The notes: a model not told the origin generated them from the letters alone. A stretch of DNA of 64,000 bases from Candidatus Saccharimonadales bacterium (GCA_035945435.1 DASZAF010000016.1:359-64358), one strand, 5' to 3'; positions 32,239 through 42,011 are shown, numbered from the stretch's first letter. Program-made: numbers and translations.

Positions 32239-32763
32239 ATGAACCAGGACGAAGCCATTACATTTGCCAAACAGTACCTAGAAAACCTTCTGAGCTTCTT
32301 TGGTCTTAATACGTCTGTTAACACCAGCTGCGACGACGAAGTTATCGAACTACAGATTCCCTCAACCCACCTGAACGGTTTTCTAATCGGTCAACATGGT
32401 GATACACTACGCTCTCTGCAATATCTTGTCAGTATGGCACTCAAGAATTCAAACGCCTCAATAGACAGGGTCAACATTGATGTAGCCGACTACAAGAAGC
32501 ACCGCGCTGAGCGATTGGCTACCCAAGTGCAAGACTGGTCTGAGCAAGTTCGCAGCAGCAAGCAAAAGATGGAATTGCGTCCGATGAGTCCAGCGGACAG
32601 GCGAGTCGTTCATCAGACCGTCGGAGAGTATAGTGACCTCAAAACTGAATCTGTCGGTGAAGGCCGGGATAGACGAGTTGTTATTCATCCTGCCGACCAG
32701 ACTGATCAAAAAGAACCAGCAAGCGAAGAACCTACAACTGAGGCAGTTCCTGAGGAGGAGTAG
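32239..32763 (+). CDS. jag: Jag/KhpB-type RNA-binding protein (KH plus R3H domains)
   Basis: The R3H region is MELRPMSPADRRVVHQTVGEYSDLKTESVGEGRDRRVVIHP. The gene is downstream of yidC. Confidence 0.8.
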   Translation: MNQDEAITFAKQYLENLLSFFGLNTSVNTSCDDEVIELQIPSTHLNGFLIGQHGDTLRSLQYLVSMALKNSNASIDRVNIDVADYKKHRAERLATQVQDWSEQVRSSKQKMELRPMSPADRRVVHQTVGEYSDLKTESVGEGRDRRVVIHPADQTDQKEPASEEPTTEAVPEEE

Positions 32764-33862
32764 TCTCTTCCTTTGCGACTAAGGCGTTCTTGTAGACTTC
32801 CAACGTCTGCTTGGCCATCTTCTTCCAAGAGTACTTGTCGTGGACTTTCTTGCCGGCAACTCGAAGCTGGTCACGTATCTTCGGGTTGCTAATTACGTAG
32901 TCTATGGCTGCCACCATGTCGTTGAAGTTGTGGGGGTCAAAGTAGTATGCACCATCTCCATAAATTTCTGGCAGACAGGTCGTATTACTACTAACAACTG
33001 GTGCGCCGTCTCCCATTGCCTCAAGGGCCGGTAACCCAAAACCTTCCATAAATGAAGCCAGGACGTAGGCAAGGCAGTGTTTGTGGAGCCATGCGACTTG
33101 TTCGTCAGGAATGAAGTCGGTAAAGTGAATCTGTTTATAGCCGAGGTCTTTGGCCCACTCCATATCAGCTTGACGCTGCTTATCGATTTTGCCAACAATA
33201 ACGAGCCAGAGATCAGGGTGGGTTTTTAGTAATGCTTGATGGGCTTTGATCAGGCCTCGGTTGTTCTTGTATGGCTCCGCTCTACCTAGGTACATGATAA
33301 ATTTATGCTTAGCCATTTTGGAATATTGTTTTTGCTTACTCTTAGATAGGTCGGTGCCTTCATAGGTAACTGTGATCTTGCTCGAAGGTATACCACTAAA
33401 GTTGATCAGGTCGTTCTTGGTGTAAATGCTAGTGGCGATAATATGGGTGCTTCGTTTTGCGACTCGTTTGAGTAGATATGCAAAGACTCGCTGTTTTACA
33501 AAGAGCTCGATCTTGCTCATGTCATTTGCGGTTATTCTGAGCAGGTTCAGGTCATGAACGGTTGTTACAGAGTTACCTTTATATAGGAGCGGCTGTTGAG
33601 GCATACAGAAGTGAACGAGGTTTGGTCGAAGCTTACGAAGTAGTTTGTTAAAGCCGAGCTGTTCGGCAAAGCTGTAATCCGCAAAGTCGGCTTCGACAAT
33701 CTGAAAATTTGGCTTATGCGGCTTGTAATAGTTGAGATCCTTGCGCCTCACCAAGATAAGAAAAGTGTCTGCCGTATCGAGCTGCTCAAGATAGAAAAGC
33801 AGTCGTTCGATATATCTACCAGTACCTGTGCTAATAATTCGAGCGTCTATGGCAATACGCAT
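32732..33862 (-). CDS. Glycosyltransferase family 4 (GT-B)
   Basis: The C-terminal GT1/GT4 signature is ASFMEGFGLPALEAMGDGAPVVSSNTTCLPEIYGDGAYYFDP. Confidence 0.8.
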   Translation of the reverse strand: MRIAIDARIISTGTGRYIERLLFYLEQLDTADTFLILVRRKDLNYYKPHKPNFQIVEADFADYSFAEQLGFNKLLRKLRPNLVHFCMPQQPLLYKGNSVTTVHDLNLLRITANDMSKIELFVKQRVFAYLLKRVAKRSTHIIATSIYTKNDLINFSGIPSSKITVTYEGTDLSKSKQKQYSKMAKHKFIMYLGRAEPYKNNRGLIKAHQALLKTHPDLWLVIVGKIDKQRQADMEWAKDLGYKQIHFTDFIPDEQVAWLHKHCLAYVLASFMEGFGLPALEAMGDGAPVVSSNTTCLPEIYGDGAYYFDPHNFNDMVAAIDYVISNPKIRDQLRVAGKKVHDKYSWKKMAKQTLEVYKNALVAKEETTPPQELPQL

Positions 33863-33925
33863 CAGACGGATACCTTATACATAGGCATAGTATATAATAC
33901 TCGTCGCCTTGTCTTGGAAAGGATG

Positions 33926-33939
33926 GTGACGTGCGTCAC
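33926..33939. promoter_or_regulatory. GTGA-N6-TCAC inverted repeat upstream of cyoA (CRP/FNR- or Rex-type operator candidate)
   Basis: The sequence gGTGACGTGCGTCACa has perfect 6-bp arms (GTGACG/CGTCAC). Its centre at 33932.5 is about 41.5 nt upstream of the start site predicted from the -10 at 33962-33967. Confidence 0.35.
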
Positions 33940-33958
33940 ACGACCCCCTTTAGAGCTG

Positions 33959-33967
33959 TGCTATAGT
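33959..33967 (+). promoter_or_regulatory. Extended -10 promoter (TGcTATAGT) of the cyo operon
   Basis: TGCTATAGT ends 14 nt before the cyoA ATG at 33982, with no Shine-Dalgarno in between. Confidence 0.4.
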
Positions 33968-33981
33968 GACTAATAACGGTT

Positions 33982-34926
33982 ATGGCAAAATCAAACGGGA
34001 GTCACACAAGAAAGGGCCTGAAATTACTGCTAATCACAGCCCTGATTGTCGTTGTCGTCTCTGCTCTCGCCTGGTATCTAGATCATCATACTGTTGCGGT
34101 TTTGCAGCCTGCAGGAGAAGTTGCCCGAAGAGAACGGGAGCTCATGATTATCGCCATCCTTCTTTCCGTTATCGTAGTAGTGCCAGTCTATATTATGGCA
34201 ATCTCCTTTGCCTGGCGATACCGCGAGGACAACCGAAAGATCAAAACTCGCAAGTACCAGCCAGATTGGGATCGTAGCCGCGTTTACGAGACTCTTTGGT
34301 GGGGTATCCCGATTATTATCATCGGCGCCCTCTCAGTTATAACCTGGGAAAGCTCTCACGCCCTTGATCCCTTCAAACCGCTGAGTTCTTCGGTGCCGGC
34401 CATACCTGTTGATGTTGTTGCACTCGACTGGAAGTGGCTATTTATCTATCCGAAGCAGCATATTGCCTCTGTAAACTTGCTTGAAATACCTAGCAATGTA
34501 CCAATTGACTTTGATGTTACCTCTGATACCGTTATGAACTCTTTCTGGATTCCGCGGCTCGGCGGGCAGATCTACGCCATGCCAGGTATGTCGACCCAAC
34601 TACACCTCATAGCTAACGAGACCGGGAGCTACTATGGTTCATCCGCGAATATTTCCGGCGTCGGCTTTGCGGGCATGAACTTCACAACTAAGTCGGTTAG
34701 CTGGTCGGACTTTAACGCTTGGGTGAAAAGAGCTCAAGCATCATCGAAGGTTTTAACGTCGGAGGCGTATAGCAAACTTGCTGAACCTAGCCAGAATAAC
34801 AAGGCCACCTACTACTCAGATGTCCCAAATAATTTGTATGATGATACTGTCATGAAATATATGTCGCCTCTTGATATGCCGACAATGCCTGCATCAGCCT
34901 CATCAACGGGGATGTACATGCAATGA
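33982..34926 (+). CDS. cyoA: Cytochrome bo3-type quinol oxidase subunit II
   Basis: SDTVMNSFWIPRLGGQIYAMPGMSTQLHLIANETGSYYGSSANISGVGFAGMNF aligns with CyoA. The CuA Cys/His ligands are absent, which indicates the quinol-oxidase type. Two N-terminal TM helices are present. Confidence 0.88.
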   Translation: MAKSNGSHTRKGLKLLLITALIVVVVSALAWYLDHHTVAVLQPAGEVARRERELMIIAILLSVIVVVPVYIMAISFAWRYREDNRKIKTRKYQPDWDRSRVYETLWWGIPIIIIGALSVITWESSHALDPFKPLSSSVPAIPVDVVALDWKWLFIYPKQHIASVNLLEIPSNVPIDFDVTSDTVMNSFWIPRLGGQIYAMPGMSTQLHLIANETGSYYGSSANISGVGFAGMNFTTKSVSWSDFNAWVKRAQASSKVLTSEAYSKLAEPSQNNKATYYSDVPNNLYDDTVMKYMSPLDMPTMPASASSTGMYMQ

Positions 34927-36935
34927 ACTGGCACATACTGACACTCTTCGGTGGTCTACTCGGCAAGCTCAACCTTAACCAGATACCACGCGATCCGATT
35001 ACTTTCGGTGCGGCCGCTTCTATTGTCGGTGGCTCGATCCTAGTCGTTATCTTGCTTACCTACTTCAAGAAATGGAAGTGGCTGTGGAATGAGTGGTTGA
35101 CGACGACGGACCATAAGAAGATTGGCACGATGTACCTAATAGTAGCTGGCCTGATGCTCGCACGGGGAGGTGTCGATGCTGTCATGATGCGCCTTCAGCA
35201 GGCAACGTCAGTGGGGGCCTCACACGGGATTATGTCTTCGAATATGTTCCAACAGGTCTTTTCTGCGCACGGTACAATCATGATCTTCTTCGTTGGTATG
35301 GGTTTCCTCTTCGGCATCGTCAATCTGGTTCTGCCTTTGCAGATAGGCTCACGTGATGTTGCTTTTCCCTTTATGAATGCCACAAGTTTCTGGCTCTTTG
35401 CAGCGGGCATGGTTTTGATCAACGTCTCGCTGGTTATCGGCTCATTCTCGGGAGCAGGTTGGCTAGCTTATCCGCCACTTAGTGAGTTAAAATTCAGCCC
35501 TGGCGTCGGCGTTGATTACTGGATATGGAGTCTGGAGATTGCCGGTGTTGGTAGCCTGCTTAGTGGTATCAACTTTATGACTACCATATTTAAGATGCGG
35601 GCACCGGGCATGACATTTAGAAGACTCCCGATGTTCGTCTGGAGTGTCATGGGGACTATGACACTTGTTATTTTTGCCTTTCCAATTCTAACTGTCACCT
35701 TGACCCTCCTATTTCTCGATAGAGCACTTGGGATGCATTTCTTTACAGCTGGTGGTGGAGGCAACGCCATGATGTATGTCAATCTCATCTGGGCCTGGGG
35801 GCATCCGGAGGTTTACATATTAGTTCTACCCGCCTTCGGAATCTATTCGGAAGTAGTGGCCACTTTCTCTAGGAAGCGACTTTTCGGGTATACCTCTATG
35901 GTCTGGGCAATCTGGGCAATCGTTCTCCTCTCGTTCTGCGTCTGGCTGCACCATTTCTTTACCATGGGCGCGGGTGCAGACGTTAACGCCGTCTTTGGTA
36001 TTGCTACTATGCTGATTGCGGTACCGACTGGTGTGAAGATCTTCAATTGGCTCTTCACAATGTATAGAGGAAGGATCCACTTTGCTTCACCGATGATTTG
36101 GTTTATGGGATTTGTCTTTCTCTTTACCATGGGCGGAGTGGCCGGAGTCCTTATGGCGGTGCCTCCGATCGACTTTCAGGTCCACAACAGTCTCTTCTTG
36201 GTTGCTCACTTTCATACCATGATTGTCAGTGGTGTGCTGTTTGGCTACTTTGCCGGCCTGACTTATTGGTTTCCTAAGTATTTCGGCTTCAAGTTGAATG
36301 AACGACTCGGTAAGTATGCGGCCTGGTGCTGGATAATCGGCTTTGTTTTGGCCTTCGGCCCGCTGTATATTCTCGGGCTTATGGGAGCGACACGACGCCT
36401 CGATCACTACGCGCTTTCAACGGGCTGGCAGCCCTTGTTCATAGTTGCGGGAATCGGCGTGGCTATTATCTGTCTAGGTGGTGCCTTTCAAGTCCTGCAG
36501 TTAATTGTCAGCTTCTTCCAGCGAGGGACGCACAAGGATCTAAGTGGTGACCCATGGAATGGTCGCACACTTGAGTGGTCAACACCTTCGCCCGTTCCCT
36601 TTTATAACTTTGCACTTATCCCAAATGTAACGGATAGAGATGCTTTCTGGGCTATGAAGCAGGCCAAGAAAGGGAAAGGCGAGGGGAACGAACCACCGTA
36701 TCGGCCGATACACGTGATGAAGAATACCCCGGCAGGCCTATTCATTGCCGCCTTTGCGTTTGCCGTTGGCTTCGGCGCTGTCTGGCATAGCTGGCTTCTT
36801 GTGGCGGCGGGCCTTATCGGTCTGGCCTTAACGATGATTATTCGTCTGAGCAACGATAGTATTGAGCGGACTGTCTCAGTGGCAGAGATCAAGCGCGTCG
36901 AGGCTAGCTATGTGGTTGAAGGAGAGAGTGTATGA
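34923..36935 (+). CDS. cyoB: Cytochrome bo3-type quinol oxidase subunit I (heme-copper oxidase)
   Basis: 670 aa, polytopic. The sequence contains HKKIGTMYLIVAGLMLARGG..., WAWGHPEVYILVLPAFG and HHFFTMG motifs. Confidence 0.93.
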   Translation: MNWHILTLFGGLLGKLNLNQIPRDPITFGAAASIVGGSILVVILLTYFKKWKWLWNEWLTTTDHKKIGTMYLIVAGLMLARGGVDAVMMRLQQATSVGASHGIMSSNMFQQVFSAHGTIMIFFVGMGFLFGIVNLVLPLQIGSRDVAFPFMNATSFWLFAAGMVLINVSLVIGSFSGAGWLAYPPLSELKFSPGVGVDYWIWSLEIAGVGSLLSGINFMTTIFKMRAPGMTFRRLPMFVWSVMGTMTLVIFAFPILTVTLTLLFLDRALGMHFFTAGGGGNAMMYVNLIWAWGHPEVYILVLPAFGIYSEVVATFSRKRLFGYTSMVWAIWAIVLLSFCVWLHHFFTMGAGADVNAVFGIATMLIAVPTGVKIFNWLFTMYRGRIHFASPMIWFMGFVFLFTMGGVAGVLMAVPPIDFQVHNSLFLVAHFHTMIVSGVLFGYFAGLTYWFPKYFGFKLNERLGKYAAWCWIIGFVLAFGPLYILGLMGATRRLDHYALSTGWQPLFIVAGIGVAIICLGGAFQVLQLIVSFFQRGTHKDLSGDPWNGRTLEWSTPSPVPFYNFALIPNVTDRDAFWAMKQAKKGKGEGNEPPYRPIHVMKNTPAGLFIAAFAFAVGFGAVWHSWLLVAAGLIGLALTMIIRLSNDSIERTVSVAEIKRVEASYVVEGESV

Positions 36936-37549
36936 GTGAAAGTGCTGCCACCATGGCTGTCGAGCAGTTGAATACCCGTGAAGAGCACCAGGAGGCGGAC
37001 TCACGCGCGACCTTCGGCTTCTGGGTCTATATCATGACCGACTGTGTCCTCTTTGCCAGCCTCTTTGCTGCCTTTGCCGTTCTGCGTAATAACACGTACG
37101 GCGGTCCTCCAGGCGGTCTATTATTCAGTCTCCCCTACATCTTGACGGAAACACTCGCCCTGTTAACTAGTAGCTTCACATGCGGACTAGGTATACTTGC
37201 CGCCAACCAAAAGAAGAAAAATCTGACCCTCTTCTGGTTTGGAGTTACCTTCCTGCTGGGCGCCTTCTTTGTTGGGCTTGAGCTACATGAGTTTGCCAAA
37301 CTGGTCCATGATGGTGACAGTTGGCGTCGAAGCGGCTTTCTCTCATCCTACTTTACGCTGGTGGCTACTCATGGCCTCCATGTGTCGATGGGCTTGCTCT
37401 GGATGATCGTCATGGGATTTCAGGTGGCTACCCGCGGGCTCGTCCGTTCGACAGTTCGTCGCCTGACATTGCTGAGCATGTTCTGGCACTTCTTGGATAT
37501 TGTCTGGATCTTCATCTTTACGATCGTGTATCTGCTGGGGGCCCTCTAA
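36932..37549 (+). CDS. cyoC: Cytochrome bo3-type quinol oxidase subunit III
   Basis: 205 aa with five TM helices. FGFWVYIMTDCVLFASLFA...HFLDIVWIFIF is typical of CyoC. Confidence 0.85.
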   Translation: MSESAATMAVEQLNTREEHQEADSRATFGFWVYIMTDCVLFASLFAAFAVLRNNTYGGPPGGLLFSLPYILTETLALLTSSFTCGLGILAANQKKKNLTLFWFGVTFLLGAFFVGLELHEFAKLVHDGDSWRRSGFLSSYFTLVATHGLHVSMGLLWMIVMGFQVATRGLVRSTVRRLTLLSMFWHFLDIVWIFIFTIVYLLGAL

Positions 37550-37550
37550 T

Positions 37551-37952
37551 ATGGATGAACAGAAACCACAACTTTTTAAGAAAGAACGTGCTACTTACCG
37601 GGGGAGTCTGGCTCTCTATGTAACCGGATTTATCTCGTCAGTTGTCTGTACTCTGGTGGCCTATATGCTGGTCTGGATCCACGTCAACTCGGGTCACGAA
37701 ACCTTCACTCATCCGTTCATCATCACCTGTATTGTTGCCTTGGCGCTCGTTCAGTTCTTCGTTCAACTCTACTTCTTCTTGCATCTTGGCCACGAAACCA
37801 AGCCTCGTTGGAAACTGTTGGTTCTTGCCTTCATGATATTGGTTGTTTTCATCTTGGTCTTTGGCAGCCTCTGGATCATGCACAATCTTAACTACAGAAT
37901 GACCCCTCAGCAGATGAATACGTATATGATCAACCAGAACGGCGGCCTATGA
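37551..37952 (+). CDS. cyoD: Cytochrome bo3-type quinol oxidase subunit IV
   Basis: The ATG at 37551 (MDEQKPQLF...) lies directly after the cyoC stop. The track start at 37500 is inside cyoC. Three TM helices are present, with the LALVQFFVQLYFFLHL motif. Confidence 0.8.
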   Translation: MDEQKPQLFKKERATYRGSLALYVTGFISSVVCTLVAYMLVWIHVNSGHETFTHPFIITCIVALALVQFFVQLYFFLHLGHETKPRWKLLVLAFMILVVFILVFGSLWIMHNLNYRMTPQQMNTYMINQNGGL

Positions 37953-38803
37953 GTCTACTCAAGGACTACTACGAGCTAGCCAAGCCAGAGCGAACCTATG
38001 CCAACATTATGACGGCTGGAGCAGGGTTCTTGCTGGCCTCTAGATGGCATATCAACTGGGCGCTACTAGTCTACCTACTGGTTGGTACGTCGCTAGTTAT
38101 CGGTTCAGCCTGTGTCGTCAATAACTACATTGACCGAGAGATAGACAAGAAGATGGCTCGGACAAAGAAGCGCCCGCTAGCTGTTGGTCGGATACCACTT
38201 TGGAACGCCATAACCTATGCCGTTATTCTTGGTGTTGTTGGCTTTGGCATCTTGGCTCTCTATGTCAACTGGCTGGTTGTTGCGATGGGGGTCATAGCCT
38301 ATATAGACTACGTTGTCCTATACGGCATTGCCAAGCGAAAATCAACCTACGGAACGATTGTCGGCAGTGTCTCTGGCTCTATGTCGATGGCAGCGGGTTA
38401 TGTGGCAGTCAGCGGTCGGATCGATGGAGCAGCAGTCTTACTATTTGCCATTATGACCCTCTGGCAGATGCCTCACTTTTACTCAATTGCCATGTACCGC
38501 CTCAAAGACTACACGGCGGCGGGGATCCCGGTTCTTCCGAGTAAAATCGGCATGCGGAATACTAAGATACGAATTATCTTGTATATCATTGCGTTCATGG
38601 TGGCCTCCATGCTTCTGACTGCGTTCGGCTATGCCAACGATATCTATTTCACTATCGCTGCGGCCGTCAGCGTCTATTGGCTTTGGCAGGGGTTGCAGAC
38701 TTTTGAGGCTGCCAAGGACGAACCTTGGGCTCGAAAGATGTTCTTCACCTCGCTAACAGTTTTGACTGTCCTCTGTCTAGGGATAGCCATAGGGTCAATC
38801 TAG
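37949..38803 (+). CDS. cyoE: Heme O synthase (protoheme IX farnesyltransferase)
   Basis: UbiA-family motif NNYIDREIDKKMARTKKRPLA in a polytopic protein, located downstream of cyoD. Confidence 0.88.
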   Translation: MSLLKDYYELAKPERTYANIMTAGAGFLLASRWHINWALLVYLLVGTSLVIGSACVVNNYIDREIDKKMARTKKRPLAVGRIPLWNAITYAVILGVVGFGILALYVNWLVVAMGVIAYIDYVVLYGIAKRKSTYGTIVGSVSGSMSMAAGYVAVSGRIDGAAVLLFAIMTLWQMPHFYSIAMYRLKDYTAAGIPVLPSKIGMRNTKIRIILYIIAFMVASMLLTAFGYANDIYFTIAAAVSVYWLWQGLQTFEAAKDEPWARKMFFTSLTVLTVLCLGIAIGSI

Positions 38804-38812
38804 ACTATAATA

Positions 38813-39622
38813 GTGTCAGTGAAAAAACTCATGCAACGCTACAGGTATTCGGTGATCCTGTTACGCGAATTAGTCGTGACTGACTTCAAGCTTCGCTATC
38901 AAGGATCATTTCTTGGTTATCTCTGGACGCTTGTCAAACCGCTGGCCATCTTTATTATCATGTACACCGTCTTCGTACGGTTCTTAAAGTTTAACTTCCA
39001 CGTTCCACACACTGCAGTCTATCTCTTTATCGGAATTGTCCTGTGGGGTTTCTTTACGGAAGTTACTACCGGCTGTACGACATCCATCTTTGGGCAAGGA
39101 GAGCTGCTTCGGAGCATTCACTTCCCACGTTACGTGATCGTCATGGCTGTCTCCATCAACGCCCTCATCAACCTGCTCTTTAACTTTGTAGTGGTGGCCA
39201 TCTTCATGATTGTTAGCAAAGACGCCATCTCCCTGCATATCTTGATGGCCCTACCGCTCTTACTTGAGCTGTATGTTCTTGGCCTGGCTATTGGCTTTAT
39301 TCTAGCTACTCTCTATGTCCGCCTCCGTGACGTTAACTATATCTGGGAAGTTGCTCTCCAAGCCCTCTTTTATGCCATCCCCATTCTCTATCCAATTGCT
39401 CGAGTCCCTGAGAAATGGGCTAAGTGGTTGCTGTTGAATCCAGGCGCACAGATCATCCAGGGAGCACGCTACTATATCGTCACAACCAAGAGCCCGACGA
39501 TCGATAACTACTGGAGTAGCCCCTTTATTCGCCTAGCCCCAGTCATGTTAGTTATCCTCATTGCGATTTTCGCTGGGCTCTACTTTAAGAAGCGATCAAA
39601 ATACTTTGCGGAGGAAGTCTAG
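38813..39622 (+). CDS. wzm: ABC-2 type polysaccharide/teichoic-acid export permease (Wzm/TagG-like)
   Basis: LVVTDFKLRYQGSFLGYLWTLVKPLAIFIIMYTVF plus six TM helices. The start is ambiguous (GTG 38813, GTG 38819 or ATG 38831). Confidence 0.85.
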   Translation: MSVKKLMQRYRYSVILLRELVVTDFKLRYQGSFLGYLWTLVKPLAIFIIMYTVFVRFLKFNFHVPHTAVYLFIGIVLWGFFTEVTTGCTTSIFGQGELLRSIHFPRYVIVMAVSINALINLLFNFVVVAIFMIVSKDAISLHILMALPLLLELYVLGLAIGFILATLYVRLRDVNYIWEVALQALFYAIPILYPIARVPEKWAKWLLLNPGAQIIQGARYYIVTTKSPTIDNYWSSPFIRLAPVMLVILIAIFAGLYFKKRSKYFAEEV

Positions 39623-40843
39623 ATGGACGATCAAAGCAAACCACCAGTCGTTGTTAAGGTTGATCGAGTCTCCAAGAACTTTGCTCTGCCGCATGAGCAG
39701 GCCAACTCAACAAAGATGCTCTTCACCCATATATTTAACAGCCGTGCTTTTCGCCGGACTGAAGTACAGCATGCCCTCAAAGACGTCTCGTTTGAAGTTC
39801 GGAAAGGTGAGTTCTTTGGAGTGGTGGGTCGTAATGGTAGCGGTAAGAGCACTCTCTTGAAGATGATGGCCGGCATCTACCAGCCAACCTCAGGCAGCAT
39901 TACAACGACTGGAAAACTGGTGCCATTTATCGAACTTGGTGTCGGCTTCAACGGTGAGCTAACTGGACGCGAGAACGTCTTTCTCAACGGTGCCTTACTC
40001 GGCTTTTCGCGTAAGCAGACAGAGTCTCATTACAAAGAGATTGTCGAATTTGCTGAGCTCGAGAAGTTCATGGATCAGAAGTTGAAGAACTACTCGTCAG
40101 GAATGAAGGTACGCCTGGCCTTCGCCTGCGCAACGATGTCTCAGGCCGATATTTTGGTAGTCGACGAGGTCCTAGCCGTCGGGGATGCCGACTTCCAGCG
40201 CAAATGTTTTGACTACTTCAAACAGATCAAACGGGGAGATACTACAGTTATCTTTGTTAGCCATGACATGAATGCTATCAAAGAGTTCTGTGATCGCGCA
40301 GTCCTGATTGAGAAAAGTAAACTCGAATATGAAGGTGATCCGAAGGATATTGCCCGTGAGTACGCAATGCTCTTCATGGAAAACTACAAGGGCTTTGTCG
40401 GCCAAGGTGACAACAAACGGTGGGGCAACGGAGACGCAGTCGTCAAAGATGTCACTCTCACGCAACATGGCGATGAGATCATCGTCTCAGCTGACGTTCT
40501 GGCCCGCAAAAATCTCGACAGCATTATCTACGGCATTCATGTTTTCTCAGCCGACGGCCGAGAATTAACAGCGATGAATAATAGGATGATTAATCTGCCC
40601 GATATAAGCGATATTAAGGCCAAGAGCCGCTTTAAGATTACCTGGAAGATGCTCAACATTTTCAATGACGGCAACTATTCTATGACACTTGTGCTTGGTG
40701 ACTCTGCCAATAATATTCTCGATTGGTACAACGAGGCTGCGACCTTTACGATCAAGCGTGCCGAGCGTTCGACGACTCCTATAATGCCACCAGTAAGCGC
40801 CAAGGTCACTAAAAAAGAGGCGACCGCCGCAAAGAGTCATTGA
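39623..40843 (+). CDS. wzt: ABC polysaccharide exporter ATP-binding protein (Wzt/TagH-like) with a C-terminal beta-sandwich-like extension
   Basis: Walker A is GVVGRNGSGKSTLLK, the signature is YSSGMKVRLAFA and Walker B is ILVVDEVLAVGD. About 160 extra C-terminal residues follow (GDAVVKDVTLTQHGDEI...NEAATFTIK). Confidence 0.88.
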   Translation: MDDQSKPPVVVKVDRVSKNFALPHEQANSTKMLFTHIFNSRAFRRTEVQHALKDVSFEVRKGEFFGVVGRNGSGKSTLLKMMAGIYQPTSGSITTTGKLVPFIELGVGFNGELTGRENVFLNGALLGFSRKQTESHYKEIVEFAELEKFMDQKLKNYSSGMKVRLAFACATMSQADILVVDEVLAVGDADFQRKCFDYFKQIKRGDTTVIFVSHDMNAIKEFCDRAVLIEKSKLEYEGDPKDIAREYAMLFMENYKGFVGQGDNKRWGNGDAVVKDVTLTQHGDEIIVSADVLARKNLDSIIYGIHVFSADGRELTAMNNRMINLPDISDIKAKSRFKITWKMLNIFNDGNYSMTLVLGDSANNILDWYNEAATFTIKRAERSTTPIMPPVSAKVTKKEATAAKSH

Positions 40844-40847
40844 AGCT

Positions 40848-42011
40848 ATGGCAACGACTAAAACCAAGCTGTTTATTGAGGCAATTCCTCTCACCAGAGA
40901 GAGACTGCATGGCGTGGCCCACTCGCTTCTTGGTACTGCCAGTACTATCGCTAACGATTCTGACTTCAAAGAACACTATGAGATCATCTTAGTTGCCCCG
41001 AAACAAGGTCTATCCAGACTTGATAGGTTCCCAGAGCTTAAGGACTGTCGTCGAATTGCTTTACCGTTTAAGACTCGCGTCTTCAATGGCTTGGTCAAAT
41101 ACGGTCTACTGCCGCCCATGGATCAGTTGCTTGGCCGTGGCATCTATCTCTTTGGTGACTTCAAAAACTGGCCACTTACCAAACGCTCAGTAGCACTGAC
41201 TTATATCCACGACATTTCCCATGTTCTCTTTCCTGAGTTTGTCGAGCCCAAGAATCAGAGGATGCTGCAGCGAAATACTCCGCGCTTCATCAGACAGACC
41301 GACTACATCATTACAGTCAGCGAAAACTCCAAGCGAGAGATAGCAGAGCATTATCATATCGACCCGGCCCGTATCCTAGTCCTCTACAATGGCGTTGATA
41401 GAAAGCTCTACCGTCCCTACAGCAGCAAAGAGATCGTAAAAGTTAAGAAGATTTACGGTATCACCAAGCCCTATTTCTTATATGTCGGCAATATTGAACC
41501 TCGCAAAAATCTGGTACGACTCGTGGAAGCATTCGAAAAGCTTCCGAAGACAATGAGCCTTGTTTTAATTGGTGGTAGCGGGTGGCTTGACGATCCGGTC
41601 ACTCGGGCTGTCACAAAGGCACGGCGTCGCGGTGTATCTATTGTTAAGCCAACGTCGTATGTCTCTGATGAAGAGATTGCAGTTTTGACGAGTGGAGCGA
41701 CAGCCTTCGTCCATCCATCTCTTCATGAAGGGTTCGGCATGGATCCTGTTCAAGGCATGGCAGCGGGCGTACCCGTGCTAGCTTCCGATATACCCGTACT
41801 TCGAGAGGTTCTTGGTGACGGCGCTACCTATTTCGATCCTACTGACACTGAGGCTATCACTGAGGCCCTGCAGTCAGCACTCAAACTGACCGATGCACAG
41901 AAAGAGAAGAGAGCCAAGAAGAGCATGAAGCGCTCAGATCTCTACGCGTGGGGGCTAAGTGCTAAGAAGTTATACGATTTTCTGAAGACCAGAAAACAGT
42001 CTACCCGATGA
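40848..42011 (+). CDS. Glycosyltransferase family 4
   Basis: The signature is HPSLHEGFGMDPVQGMAAGVPVLASDIPVLREVLGDGATYFDP. Confidence 0.8.
   Translation: MATTKTKLFIEAIPLTRERLHGVAHSLLGTASTIANDSDFKEHYEIILVAPKQGLSRLDRFPELKDCRRIALPFKTRVFNGLVKYGLLPPMDQLLGRGIYLFGDFKNWPLTKRSVALTYIHDISHVLFPEFVEPKNQRMLQRNTPRFIRQTDYIITVSENSKREIAEHYHIDPARILVLYNGVDRKLYRPYSSKEIVKVKKIYGITKPYFLYVGNIEPRKNLVRLVEAFEKLPKTMSLVLIGGSGWLDDPVTRAVTKARRRGVSIVKPTSYVSDEEIAVLTSGATAFVHPSLHEGFGMDPVQGMAAGVPVLASDIPVLREVLGDGATYFDPTDTEAITEALQSALKLTDAQKEKRAKKSMKRSDLYAWGLSAKKLYDFLKTRKQSTR

Noticed and set aside
37500-37550. Track start at 37500 for the cyoD ORF, and the alternative-frame ORFs 33966-34277 and 37321-37623
   Set aside because: The upstream extension of cyoD lies inside cyoC in another frame, and the ATG at 37551 follows the cyoC stop directly. 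The other two are out-of-frame overlaps of cyoA and cyoC.
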